DNA of 64,000 nucleotides from Raillietiella orientalis. Its lineage: Eukaryota. Made by a program: the position numbers and the translations under genes. Below, in pieces: positions 13,481-26,570 of the stretch. The stretch lies in assembly GCA_036172245.1 (NCBI GenBank), contig JAYWIR010000010.1, forward strand, positions 1,860,001-1,924,000. Reading direction: 5' to 3'. How positions within the stretch are numbered: position 1 is the stretch's first letter; each line of letters opens with the position of its first letter. Below the pieces are notes generated by a model. The model was not told where the DNA came from, ran no database searches, and saw nothing but the letters and a program-made list of their open reading frames with translations.

Positions 13481-14114
13481 ATGGAAGAACTTCGAGTTTT
13501 GGTCCAGCGGCTTTTGGAAGTAAAAACGGAACTCTATGCATGTGAGAATCGAAGCATGCCAAGTATTGAGGAAATTGTTTTCAGACCAGCGTATGATGGA
13601 GATCGATCCCATCAACGAGTCTCTTGAGAAGTTAAGCAGTGATAACTTGGTATTGCACTATTTATTAGCCAAAGATGAGGCACTGTATGATTTTGAATCC
13701 TTTACTTTTTCTGAGTGCCCCAAGTAAGTATTTACTATGATTCACCAACATATTTCACTGCATTAAAAGTCCAGCTGAGGAAGAAACAGGAGACACTATG
13801 AATCAGTTGATTAAGAAGATACAAGATAAGAAGGAGCAGCTGATATTGTGCAAAGGAAAAATACATGAGCAACTGCTGAAGAATTCAAAGTTACAAAAAC
13901 TGGATTTTAGAGACTCATCGGCACCAAGGTATGCCATGCAAAATACTGTGTTTATAATTAACTGTTTCATTACAACAGTTTCGAAGAGAAATCTTGGCGC
14001 CATGAGTTATTGAATCTGCTTTTGCAATTAATGCTATCAAGTTGTACAGAGGATTGGTTCTCTGATGAAAATAAACGGGCAGTTATATTCAAAGGGATGA
14101 CCCAGTTCTTGTGA
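13481..14114 (+). CDS. 164-aa coiled-coil protein with CENP-H-like C-terminus
   Basis: Exons 13481-13541, 13585-13723, 13770-13928, 13979-14114. GT-AG introns of 43, 46 and 50 nt keep frame and AATAAA follows the stop (~14120). Protein MEELRVLVQRLLEVKTELYAYQRMMEIDP...MNQLIKKIQDKKEQLILCKGKIHEQLLKNSKLQ...RHELLNLLLQLMLSSCTEDWFSDENKRAVIFKGMTQFL. Gene structure is well supported; the identity is tentative. Confidence 0.7.
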
Positions 14115-14915
14115 AACCTAATAAATACTTTTAAAAAACTTGTATATATTTGATATATTACACAATGCAAGAGCAGGTGATGCAATATTCAATAGGGCAC
14201 AGTCCTGTTTGCAAGTATTCTTCCAAAGATGGCACCTACAAGCAGTAGCACCTAGCAATAGCAAGCTCCAAGTTAAGTTTCAGATTCTATCATGTTCACT
14301 TTTTAATATATATCCGATTCTTTAAGGGTCATGTAAGAATAGTGTTGAATTTCAAACTGTCAAGGTAATCATAAGCTTTACATGCACAGTTTGTAACATA
14401 GAAGTTAATAAAACAACACACAGTATAAGGGACACAAAACTCATTGTCACTAACTGTACAAGATTTTTCTTTGAATAGATCACTAGAAGTACATTATTCA
14501 GGAAGAATAAAAAAAATTGCAATACTTCTTTGCTACATTGCATTTTGAAAAATACATTAAAATAAAACAAAAAAGTGAAAAAATGATTATTTAATGTAAA
14601 CATGCCCACTACTTGCACCTGCTACAACTACTGCATCACTTTACCTATCAAAATTGAATTGTTTCTTCTATTACAAACAATTCTTGAACATTTTTAAACA
14701 TGCACTTAATCTTCAGAATCAAAATTGTAACATGAATATACTTATTATAGAACACAATACATCTGATGAACATGGTACGTTGCATAATATCAGGCATTTG
14801 GAACACTTATTTAGTATGTATCAATAAAAACAAAAATGGAAGTCATCTAGTGATTATTCATGTGATTCAAACACATCTATATAAATGCTCAGCAGAAATA
14901 CATGAACAGTATTAG

Positions 14916-15708
14916 TCAATATCCTGGACTTCCAAGAGTTTTATCCATAAACCTTCTTTTTGCAAAACATGTCCACCATTTACTTGGTTTTCCGTTTTCC
15001 AGAAACACTTTTTCACACAACCTACCACCTGTCTCTTGTCTTAACTGCATTAGATAATGCCTCATATTTTCTAAAAATTCAGAATACAAATTTAATAACA
15101 ATTGGAAAATCGAAATTAATAAAATACAAAATGAAATAAAACAAAAATTCAAAACAAATAATGAAACTACACCTGCTTCTTGAGAGTTCGCTGGTTTGCT
15201 GTAAATTGCATTTAGTGGAAATCCTACATCACCTGGTAAACTGAATTGGACTACTGCTAAATAGGCCATTTGCTGGATACCCTGTGCTTTGTTACGACAA
15301 CTTTGCAATCTTTTCAAACATTCTGTTATGTACAAGGTCAAATAGATTAGCACTCTATCAGCTTCACTCTGATTAATCTTTTGTTAGCGTTGAAACAACA
15401 AATAAAATTACCTTTATTTCATAATTTCGAAAAAATACATTTGCTTTGAAATAAGCAAGTGCTTCATCAATTATATCAAAACCACTTTCTAACTTTGGTG
15501 CTGGTCCTCTAAACATAGTTCTTATTGGGATTACAGGAATATTGCCAATAAGAGTATACTCATCCATGAATTGTGAATGGTATGCCTTCAAAAACAAACA
15601 TCATTAGGTTACTATGCAAAAGTGCAAAGGTACAAAATCACACACAACTGGACATTAATTTTCAATTTAAACAGCATGCCACAAAAAAATAAAATGACTT
15701 ACAGGCAT
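14916..15708 (-). CDS. ARPC3: Actin-related protein 2/3 complex subunit 3 (p21-Arc)
   Basis: Exons 15708-15703 (MP), 15585-15412 (AYHSQF...[22 protein letters not shown]), 15368-15173 ([21 protein letters not shown]...[18 protein letters not shown]), 15070-14916 ([21 protein letters not shown]...[18 protein letters not shown]). All introns GT-AG; the motifs are those of ARPC3. Confidence 0.97.
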
Positions 15709-18700
15709 TTCAAATGGCTGTTGATTCTGGCATGAGTCTTTTCAATTGACTGTAATAACAACAACAGGCAGAAAATTGCTCTTATCTTCTTAGGATTACG
15801 TACTGGTGTAAATCATTTATGTTTGGTTGAGAAACTCACTGAAAAATATACACAACTTCAAAAATCACGGCCATCCGAAAGAATTGCGTGAAATTTAAAA
15901 TCATGCCATCATATCGAACAGAACTTCGAAATCAACAATAAACTGCTTTTAAATACGGCATGGATACTCTCCTTTTCGTGTATTCTTTTACTACTTGTGT
16001 CAACCACTTGATACAGAAACTTATGTAATTAACTGTGTTTCCGATAGAAACTTTATTCAACGTTACTCTTGAAACTCGAAAATCACGAGATCACGAAGGC
16101 TGAAAATTTAACATACAACTGCTCGTTGTCGCTGTAAGATCTATGGAATAGATTTCAATTCAAGATTTGTGCTCTTTCAAAAACTGTGCGATCGCCTGTA
16201 CACTTTGATGTGCAGCTGAGGCACAGCGTACGCTAAACAGAACCTCACCCATGGGAGACCGAATAAAACGTCATCTCGAACACACGAAAGAACACATTTG
16301 GATGGGTGCAATAATCTTCCACGGTTGTGAGCAAGTGGTTCTTTGAAAAGTTAAACGAGTCGGCAGCAAAGTAATGAAATAGAAGGAGGGGGGGGGGGAA
16401 CGTGTACGCAAATTTAAAAAAAAAAAAAAAGTTGAAAAAATAGGCTGGAGAAAGAAGTTGCCACACATTCCTGAACATGAGAATTGCAACTTGACCGGTC
16501 TGCTTTTATCCACAGCCGTCATCCTCTTTCCAAAGCGCCGTACGTCTTCACGAACGCCATGTGCAGGCATCCACGGCAGACATATCTTTAGGTGGAACTG
16601 GAAGTGCCAACACCCAATGCCTACAGTTGCAACTCGGTAAAACACACATCTGCTGCATGTGTATCAGTTTTCTGCAACGCGTTTTGGGAGAATACTTGGC
16701 GATCCGACTAAAACTACAAGAGCATCTCAAGAGTAACTGACGTTTCTCACTCAAGTACGGGCACCGGGCAAACTTTCGACGATCATTTGACCAAACTGCA
16801 TTGCAGTGCCTGCTTTTGGCTTCCAACGGTCTGTTTGTCACTTTGCTACACTGTTTATGCCATAAGCAATGGCACCGTGCTCTGTAGCGAGCAGTCCATA
16901 TATATGTATACGAAACACGTGTACATACACGTTTGCAAATAGATTCCTGCGTAGCAGATTGTATACTAGAGCATAAACGCATATGCACACATGAATGTAT
17001 CTGTACACGCTTAATGCACACATAATGTGCACATCAGGAATTATATATTCCCAATTCCTAGGATTCGTGTCGATGCTCTCATGTACACAAAGCAATAAAA
17101 CGAAAAAATTGCCTGCCACACGGCGAGGACGTGTGTGGGCATAGAATGCATTTCTTCGAAGCCACGAGAAAAGGAGCACTTAAAGCCATATTTTGACTTT
17201 CTGGAAAAAAAAAAAGGGGCAAGTTTCCTGCGCGCCTTTCAAGCAAAGTTTACAAGGAAAATTGCTTTGGATCGACCAGGGCCGGTGACCTGATGCGGAG
17301 AGGTGACACATCAGGAGAAAATTCGACGCTGTGATGCTCACGTGAAATGAGATAACCCGTTAACCAGCCAACGCTTCCATTAGCTCACCGTTCTGTGTTT
17401 TCCCTACAGGTTGCTGCCTACTTGCCATTTTTCTAAATATGGAATTGATCTTTATCTTCTCATACGTGGGTAATTGCAAGAGTTGTTTCTTTGTTTTGTT
17501 GGATCAAATGAAGCTGTGTGGCAGTTGAAAGCTTCTCCTGTGATTTGTTTTAATGTGAAGGGTTTTCGGTTTGAAACCTGAAAAGAAATCTTAAGCGTAA
17601 TTGTTACTGGATTTCGTTTTGTTAACAGTGATTTATAGTTAGTTTTTTTTTTTCTTTTCGCTATAACTATGTTTTCCTCTTATATATAAATAGCAGCCAT
17701 CTTAGTTTTAAACAAGGAAGTTTCTTGGTTCATGACATTTATGCAGTGCATTCTCACCTGAATTTTTCATTTGTTCTATTGGTTGCTCGTTTTCATTTTA
17801 GAATTCTATTATTTTCCTCGAAGTTCAACAGTTCAAACGTCTGACTACACAGAGGTAGCTCTTTAATTGACGTGGCTTCCGTAGCTCGGTTTCCGCTTCT
17901 TAATGGGAAAGTGCTGGTCGAATCACATGGGGCGCTTTGTTTCTCTTCCAAAGGGAAGCTGCTGAGCAATTGGGAAACTGCCCTTGTGGTCGTATCAAAT
18001 TTGGTTTTGTTTGTTATCAGTTAAAGCGCTTTGGGTGTGCTTAATTCTCATTCATCGTCATCTAAGAGAATGTTTGTTTCTTTTCGGAAATCCATTACTC
18101 CTTTCGATTTTTAAGTTCCTGTTGGCTTGGATTCCTTGCAAGCTAAATGTGGGCGATCAAGGACTCGCGAGTACGGAGTATGGGGGATAGATTATCTTTG
18201 GCTATCTTTTGTGTACATTATGAGTTTATCATTATGTAAAGCAGGCAAGAGAAGTCCAGCTGGCCTGTTTGCGAATGATCTTGCTCGGAGAAAGACGCAC
18301 TCCGCCTGCAATGCACTTTCTGAGATTAGAGGCTTCAGGGGAAAAAGGAGGGGGGGAAGTGGAGGGGGAGGACTAGCGACTCGCTATGATGGTAAGAATT
18401 CCAGTAGCTGATGGGCTTTTTTTTAAAAAAAAAAAGAAAAGAAAAGGAAAGGAAACGCCATGTATGTTGTTTTCCAGAATAGTCGTTTCGCAATGCATGC
18501 GAAATTCGCCAGAAACTCGACCTATGATGACCCTACCACATCCCCTAAAGCGCGGCCGCAGCAAGTCTATCCGCTCGAATTTCCATTTCCCATTTGTGAG
18601 CTGCAAGGAATTCTTCGTGCAAGCTTAAACCCATTCGTTTCTTCCTCCTTTCAGGTCTTCCTCAGGATCTCTTATCGGAGGCGCTGATATCCCAGTTTGT

Positions 18701-21700
18701 TGATACTGGAGATTATGAGCACAGTGCGTTCCTTCTTCCTTTTTTGGCCAACTCGCTTGTTTGCCTAGAGGTTGCCTGTCGTTATCACCCTGAAAAGGTG
18801 GTGGTGGCGGTGAGCCAAAGTTCATGCATCAGCTTTTTTACATAAGCCTTTTCTGTTTTTTCTTCTGCTTTGGTTTGCGTCAAGAAAGATAGTGTTTGAA
18901 GGAATATATGAAGCATTCAAGTGTTGCAAATACTTTGGTGGATCAAGAGTTGCTAAGAGAATGTTTTGTCAAAACAGCATTCCCAAGGGAAGTTGAGCAT
19001 TGCAGTTGTGTATTTCTTTCCACTCATTCACTTTGGATCGATTCACTTAATTGTGGTTGACCAGGATAGCTTTCACACACAAGGTAACTAGTCCAGGTTT
19101 CTTGTTTTACTCGAAAATCATCAGAAAGGCAATTGCATGATAGATGCTTTCAAGTCCTGTATTGGATTTACCTGGAATTTGGTTCTCCCATCTAATAGAT
19201 TGCAAACGGTTGTTGTTATGGTTGGAAGTTGTAAGGAAGCAACCGATGTTTCTACTTTGCAATTTTATTTTTAGAAACGCGAAGAAATTTAATGCTCAGT
19301 AAAAGAAATATTTGATTTAAAAAAAAAAGCGAATAAGGTTCGATATTTATTTCATTACTATATCACATTGTAAGTATTGTGATAAGCTTTTCAATCAAAT
19401 TACTACAGCTGAAACTACTTACTCCTAATTAAAAAAGCTTGCCGTGGGCTTTAGACATTAATACTGGCCGAGCATGGCGCCGTGAAATTCTATTTATTCA
19501 CTAATTTCACAATGTATATAACTAAAAAAAAAAAAAAGCTCTTGCTCTTGTCGGAATTGAGAACATGAAGATGTAAACGACCTGACTGTTGCAATTCTTG
19601 GCAAAATAGCAAATGGTCACTCGCAACTAAATGCTGGTTTCAGCACATCCCGACACATTTCGACGTGTTTTCGTTCGTGTGAACTGCTAATAGTCATTGA
19701 AAACAGTAATCACATACAATTCTGCTTCCCTTTGAATCTGAAAGGCAGACTGTTCGAAGAGCAAGTTGCCAGACAGAATGATAGAAAAGACCGAGATGGG
19801 AACAGTACTGGATTATCGGGCTTCCATTATATCTAGTCTACGTGTTCTTATAGATGGGTGGTTTGTTTTGGTTTCTTGAGAGGTTCTTACGATAGCAAGA
19901 TTTCACAGTAACATGGCTATAGCAGCACGCGGTTACTTTGGTACTTACTCCTACACTGATTAGTTTCATGGTCAACCGCCTCTGATGTTTTTGTCTGCTG
20001 AATCTCAGAGAGTGTCGTGATTTTTTGTGTGTTTTCTTTGACATTCTTTGTTGTTTGTGATAGCAAAATTGCATTCCGTCGTCTGTGTGCTCTCTTATTT
20101 TGGTCTGCTTGCTCTTTCCGATTCTTCTTTGTTTTTGCAGCATATCGTTCGCTGCAATTTTGTAGGATTCTTTCGCACTATTCAGCCCTTTTGAAGGAGC
20201 CTACAGTAACCAAGGTGTTCGGACGGTAGTTCATGGACTTGGCCGTGACACTGAGCTAAGAGAGGTTAATTCATTCCGAGAGTCCTTCATGGCATAGAAA
20301 GATGCACTGCCTGAGGACAATTTTGGAGCGGTACAGGAAGCAGAGAAGCGTCTGAAACATCCCGCTTTTTGACAATGGACTTTTGATCCGAAAGAATCCT
20401 GCCAGAGACGTGGAAAAGAATGGATTTGCACTATCACAGGCGGTGTGATCCCTGGATTGTTTTATGTACTGATGCTGATTGTGCAGAGGGTGACATATGT
20501 AGGTCCTCGGGGCTTTGCAGAGAGTCTCGGAAGTGTCAGTTTCAGTCAGCATATATTGATTCGACGTTACACTGTATGAATAAGGCTACGCATGATCTTT
20601 GTGTTAAAGATGATGGCGGCTGATACTGAAAATGATAATATTTGATAGAGAACAGAATATCAACTTGAAAATTTGTCTTATTGTTTATTTTCATTGCAAT
20701 TGGTGCTCTGATTATAATAAAATAGTTACTTTTCAAGAAGTAATGGTATCGGAAATGGCTCTTGGCGATAAGAACAGATTGACTGGTTTTGAAGGCAAGC
20801 CTTTTTTGTTAAATGCATTATCCCTGTCTTCTTGGAACGAGCATCCAGATTCATGTATTGATTTCATAATGCAGCGAGTAACAGAATCGTTGATTGATGT
20901 ACACACGTTTTACTAAGCAAAGATATGGTTGCGTTTCAAAAGAAACAATAATCAATTTTGAAAACAGCGTCTGGAAAACAGCATTTTCAAAAGCAATGAT
21001 CCATAGGATTTTTGTTCTGCAACTAGTGAAGATTTATATTTAAACACAAATCTTTCCGCAGCCTCTTGGGCCAATTAATCCAAGAATTCAAACAACGCAG
21101 TGTGCTCTATGTTTACTTTCTGTTTAAATGTATTCATAAATTCTTCGCAAGAACAACATTGTCTGAACATCTGTGATCTGCATCACAGGCGAATTAAGAA
21201 TCTCACAAAGACATCCCTTGTACACATTCAAAGTTTAATATTTATTTGTGTGTGTCCCAAAACTATCAGGTCGTTTCAATTATGCGTTATTCCGAGTAGG
21301 GATGGAATTTGGCTGCCCGTGAGGCGCTAACCGGAAATTGCGGAATAAGTTAAGCCGCATTTTTCTTGAGGAATTCCTTTTCCTTAAGGCAAAAAAAATG
21401 TTTCGCCATCACTGGAATTTATAGTGCATCCTTTGCGGTGTCATCAAAGAACTGCCTGTGAGGTCAAAGACGAAAATGAAGTTCAATAGTCATTTGTAAG
21501 GGAATGCTGGAAGTCAAGGATGATGAAAAACCTTCTTTTCCCTCATCTCTGGAAAAATAAAACAGAAGAATGTGTCCAATCCCCAGAGATTGCTGGTCAT
21601 AGGAAGAAGTGACCGGCTTTACCTTTTGTTACTACTAACAAAAGTAGTCAAATGAAGAAGAGCAGGCAGCTATGAATGATCATGATCGTAGTTAGATCTT

Positions 21701-24059
21701 TGCGGAGAAGCAATTTGCTGATCACATGCTGCGAAACTTCTCATCTGTCCCTCCATACTTATTAGAAACATGGTTCGATCAAAATGCATTGTGGTTTTGA
21801 AGTAGGCTTTGCGAGAAAAGCTTCCCCTTACAAAAAGGAGCCGCAGCCACGCAGCGCGACTACAGGGTAGCTGCTTTTGGCAACACCGTATTAGGCAGAT
21901 GCGACATCCGTGGCGGGCTGCGTGCCCGCCACGGATTGTTTTAAGCTTTGGTCCCTCGTCTGAATTGAATCGTGGTTCTTCGGAGCGGTCAGTAACACTA
22001 TGTCTGCCGGTCATCACTACAGTGTTTGACAAGCGCTAAGGCGCTCGAAGCCATCGACAGAACTGCGATAATGCTTAATCTCAACTGAAAACTCTGCGTT
22101 GCTCATAAATGACAAGGTGAATCCTCACGTAGCGTTCTGTTCCTTCCAAATTGCACTCTGTGGTATATTCCTCCTATTCTTCTTTCTCCCGCCCACCCAC
22201 CCTACACTCTGCTTTTTCTCTTCATCTTCTTTCTCGGTCTTTCTTCATGCTCTAGCACTACTATTCGAGCACCTCCCAAATGAAGCGATACTCCTCACTA
22301 GTGGACACTTTAGAGTGCCTTTCCTGAGTTCACCTAGTCCACAATGGATTTTTGTTGGAGACACTTCGAGCACAGCATTCCCCAAGAGTGACAGCCTGCT
22401 CCCATTCTTCACACATACGCTCATTTGCCTCACTAACTATTCCACTCTCTGAAACTTTAAGGCGCATCCACAGGAGGATTCCCTGCCTATTCATGACTGC
22501 AAGTCCCCAAAAGAAGCTAACAGCCGTATGTTCCAGATAAATGGCGCAAGATGGAGGCATCAGAAGTTGGCGATACCTTTTGAATGAAAAGGGGAGGGAT
22601 AGGGAGCGAGGGTATCGTCTCCCGGATTCAATGACCCAGGTGTAACCCTGCATGCCAGAGGTCACAGTGCGTTCTCGCTTACTTTTTATCCGAGAAACTG
22701 AGTAGTACATGGTTCCTCGAAGTTAAAGAAGACCGACATCATAACAGGCAATGTCTTCGACCGGGAAAACCAACTGCAGTCGATCAAGGACAGGAGAGCT
22801 GTAATGGTGCCACGTTTAGCAAAGAATGTTCGTTGTCTCTTGCGGATGAATCTCACGTCAGAGTACTTCTTCCTTCATCTTCGCGGCGTAGCTCAAAACG
22901 AAGCATTTGGCTCTGAGCTCCATTCTAGGAATGCTTAAGCCTTTGTAGCCATTCGCTACTGAAGTCAATATTCCCTTTTCCTCATCCTCTGCCTGTTCCT
23001 TGGTGCTCACATCTGGTGAGCAGCTCTGCTGTGATGCAAAGCATCGCCATGGTAGCAGAAGTAGGTTGGCAGCCCTTATGTTCGAGGATGTTTTGCAAGT
23101 ATCTAGCAGATGTAAAAAAACTGATGTAAAAAGAAGAGCTTTCCCGGCATACGTTTACACATGGACTTCCTGGGTCTAGGAGCCGTGTAATTTTTTTTTT
23201 GTTCGAGTCTAAAGACTTTAAAGAGCAACAGAGGGACGATAGGTGTACTTTGCTTCGTTTTTCTCACAATGCGTTTGAAATCCTAAGGAATTAGACCTTT
23301 TCAAGTGGGAATCGGCGATCATGAGACCCGTCCCTGCAGTCCCATAAGGACCGCAGAAACTGTCTTCTAATGAAAGCAGATATACGTGCAGGGTCCAAAA
23401 TGCGCAATTTTCGCATAACGTGCAAGATTCACACCGTTGTTGCAGGCAACAAATCAACTTCCATTACTTACAAGCAAAAACAAAATCCTTGGAATGCTGA
23501 ATGCGGATTATAAACATAAGCTCAAGCGATGTCCCGCAGTTTCTACTTGTCCCTTACCGCACCTTCAGCTGCCAACATTCATCCAAAGCATGATTTTAAA
23601 ACTGTTGCCAAATGTTGATGATGGTTTTAAAGTCATTTAATATGCAGCTTAATTTGAAACCCAAATTTACAGGTTCAATGAAATGTAAAATCAATCGCAA
23701 AGGCTTATTTATTGGTAAAACCTACTAATCACATTTAAGTTTAAACCATATACTAATGAATAAATGCAATATGCAATGGAGCCAAAAACTGAGGTTCAAT
23801 AAAAATTTATTAAATAAGTTACGTTAATGAAAAAGTATTGATCACAATTTGAAAAACAAAAAAATTTTTTTCCTTCAAAATGTGCAATCTTGCATAAATG
23901 CTGACTCGAATTTATGCTCAAACTGACAACTGGGATGGCTGAATGCACTGTCACAATAATTCAAAGTAACAATAATACAGGTTTGTACTTTTTGCTGAGT
24001 ACATTTGGCTTCTACAATCTTTGAATGTAGGTATTCCCAAGTTTCAAAACCACATATAA

Positions 24060-26570
24060 TCATATGGCTAACTGATAATCATAATTTGGAGTTAAACCAA
24101 GATCATCACTATCCTCCAGCATTTCATCATCATCATCATCAATGGATTCAGGGCCAGGAGCCAAAATAAGCACTTTTGAACCTGTAATGGATGACACACA
24201 TTTGCCATTCCGATGCTGTAAGTAGTCCAGTTTGAATCTATCTGAACCAAAAGGCAAACGAGCTGAACACAGATAGCACCTGTAAAATAGTTTCTGGCCA
24301 TGGGTGCGACAATAATGGATAGACAAGCTGAGACCCAGTTGAAAACGTCGTGGACACAACTTGCAAGCAAATTCTACAAAAACATACACAGAAACAACAA
24401 AGAGAAACATACTTTTGTGCCGAACTTTCTTGAAGTGATGGACACAAGAGGGCTGTTGTTGCTGTGCGGAGATGCTGCTGGGTGGCGGCTGTTGCTGTTG
24501 CAAGCACATACTAGTAGACTGCTGCTGCTGCTGCGAATGCATACCAGCTGGTTGCTGCTGTTGCTGCTGTGAACATGCATTAGTAAGCTGCTGTTGCGAG
24601 CGTACAGTGACAGTACTCTCTGAAACAAAAAAGTGGCATCAAGAGTTAAGATGGCAAAAGATGTTAATTACCTGGAGGAATGGCAGTAGATGCCAATGCA
24701 GTTGCATCCATTTCTGGATCAAGAATAGCGAAAAATGGCCCTTCATATGGAGAATGTATCTGAGATCCTTCAGATTCTGTTGTTTTAGCAGAGACAGGTA
24801 CAAAGGCTGGACGCATGCCAGCATATGGGTGAGGAACCATTTGGATTAGCTGCATCTCTTGAGGTCCATCTGCAGTAGATTACATATAATAATTATCAAG
24901 AGCATTTGCAACCTACTAGACATCCTCTTGGAAACTTCTCTGGCAGTGGGGACTTCATATGGATCCACTAAAGGCATTGTCATATATTGGACAGAGCCAG
25001 CATCTCCTGAGATTCCAGGCTCTAATATATGCACACTCTCAGGAAAATGTGGAGGCAAAGGATTCTCTAAACTGAGATGGTTGCGTTTAAGTAAATCATC
25101 TACAATAGCACCATGTTGGCGCCGATGTGCCAAATAATGGTCTAATAAAACATCTTTCTGAAAGAACTCAAACAGAATGCCACAAAGGGGGCATCTTTGC
25201 TGGAAAAAGTGTAACATGTCAAAGAGAACATTTTCCATAGGGAGCTCCTCAACATGATTAGTAAGTATGGGCAACATTTCCCATATGCTTTTTGCTTTAC
25301 TTGTGCGTGGTGCTGGAGCGGTAGTCTGCATATCACCATTAGATGTAACAACTGCAAGAAGTTGCACTTTGGCAGATGAAATTGGAAGTTCAGTTTTGAT
25401 ATGTCCTGTCTCACAAGTAGATAAGGAAGTAGGCAACTGCATGTTCAAGTTTGGTGATGGATTTTGGGAGATGGATTCCTGAGATGATGATATAGTCACA
25501 GAACTAATAGGTTCCAAAGTAGAAATGGGAGCTGTGTGCACAGTGGCCAAAGAGAATGGTTTATAAATACTGGCAGCTGACTGCATCTCATATGAATTAG
25601 TGCATAAATGGGATGTGTGGGAGCTTATTGGAGATTGCAGAACACATGAGCTAGAAGCCAGCAACTCTGAAGATTCCTGCAGACAAGAGTTGGTAGATAA
25701 TAATGGTGCACTTGAGGTTCTAGATAGGTGACTTGATGCAATTGTGGATAGGTTCATAGTAGTATTTCCAGACTGGAAACTTGAGGAAAGTGAAGAGCAA
25801 CTACTCACTGAGGAAGCAATTGTTGTTACAGCCAAGAAAGATTCTGGAGTGTGATCTGGAGGAGGTTGCTTGATTGTTACTAAGGAAGGTGCACTGCTTG
25901 AGTCTACTATGAGAGGTGAGAGAGAATTAGCATTTCCCGTATTTGGAAGTTGAGCATTCTGATCAGGCACAAGAGCATCATTTACATTCATGAACTGTGA
26001 GGTGCTGACCACTGGAAGAGGACTGTTCGAGGTCATAGGGCTAGTGGATTGGGAATATTCCTCAGGAGATGACATCAACACCTCCAATGATCGAGTTTCT
26101 TGGACGGGAGCATTGCTTGCATCAGTAAACACAGAATGTGAATCTTTCTGCAATGCACGTTCATAGGGCATACATCTGTCTTTCTCAATCATTGATAATT
26201 GACTTTTTTCACACTGACTTTTCTCAACTTTAGTAGAATCAGGTATCATGGGAGATGGGGTAATCTTTTTGGAGACTGTAGAGTAAATGGGCGATGGAGA
26301 TATTTCAACAGGAAACTCAATCCCATCAGCCTGCAATCTTTTACGGGTCTCCACTTCTCTATAAAGGCGAACGTTCTGCTTTGATGCACTACGTGCTGTA
26401 GCTAATAGCTCACATTTATCACAAGCACAGTTACGAAATGGACAAATTAATTTGTGATCTTTTAAGGGTTGCTCAATACCATGAATGCGGCAATTGCGAC
26501 ATTTCTGAATCTGTCTACAGCGAGGAGCAGATTTATTGGCCTCCTGCACAGTTCCCTCTTTGCAAGACAT
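24060..26570 (-). CDS. DM-domain (Doublesex/MAB-3) transcription factor with C2H2 zinc fingers and polyQ
   Basis: N-terminal CRNCRIHGIEQPLKDHKLICPFRNCACDKC is a DM domain. It is followed by a Ser-rich linker and finger CPLC...HYLAH. Introns 24916-24870, 24671-24620 and probably 24412-24374 (in-frame, 39 nt) join it to a Q-rich exon and fingers CKLC...HYCRTH and CYLC...; stop at 24060. Confidence 0.88.
24452..24600 (-). repeat. Coding CAG/CAA repeat blocks (polyQ) in ~33-36-nt degenerate units
   Basis: ACSQQQQQQPAG / MHSQQQQQSTS / MCLQQQQPPPS / SISAQQQQPS. Confidence 0.8.

Noticed and set aside
20165..20580. Exon-like plus-strand segments
   Set aside because: The frame needs a 33-nt intron and there is no recognisable product or start.
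22200..23110. Exon-like minus-strand segments
   Set aside because: Several incompatible splice solutions and no homology; could not build a defensible model.
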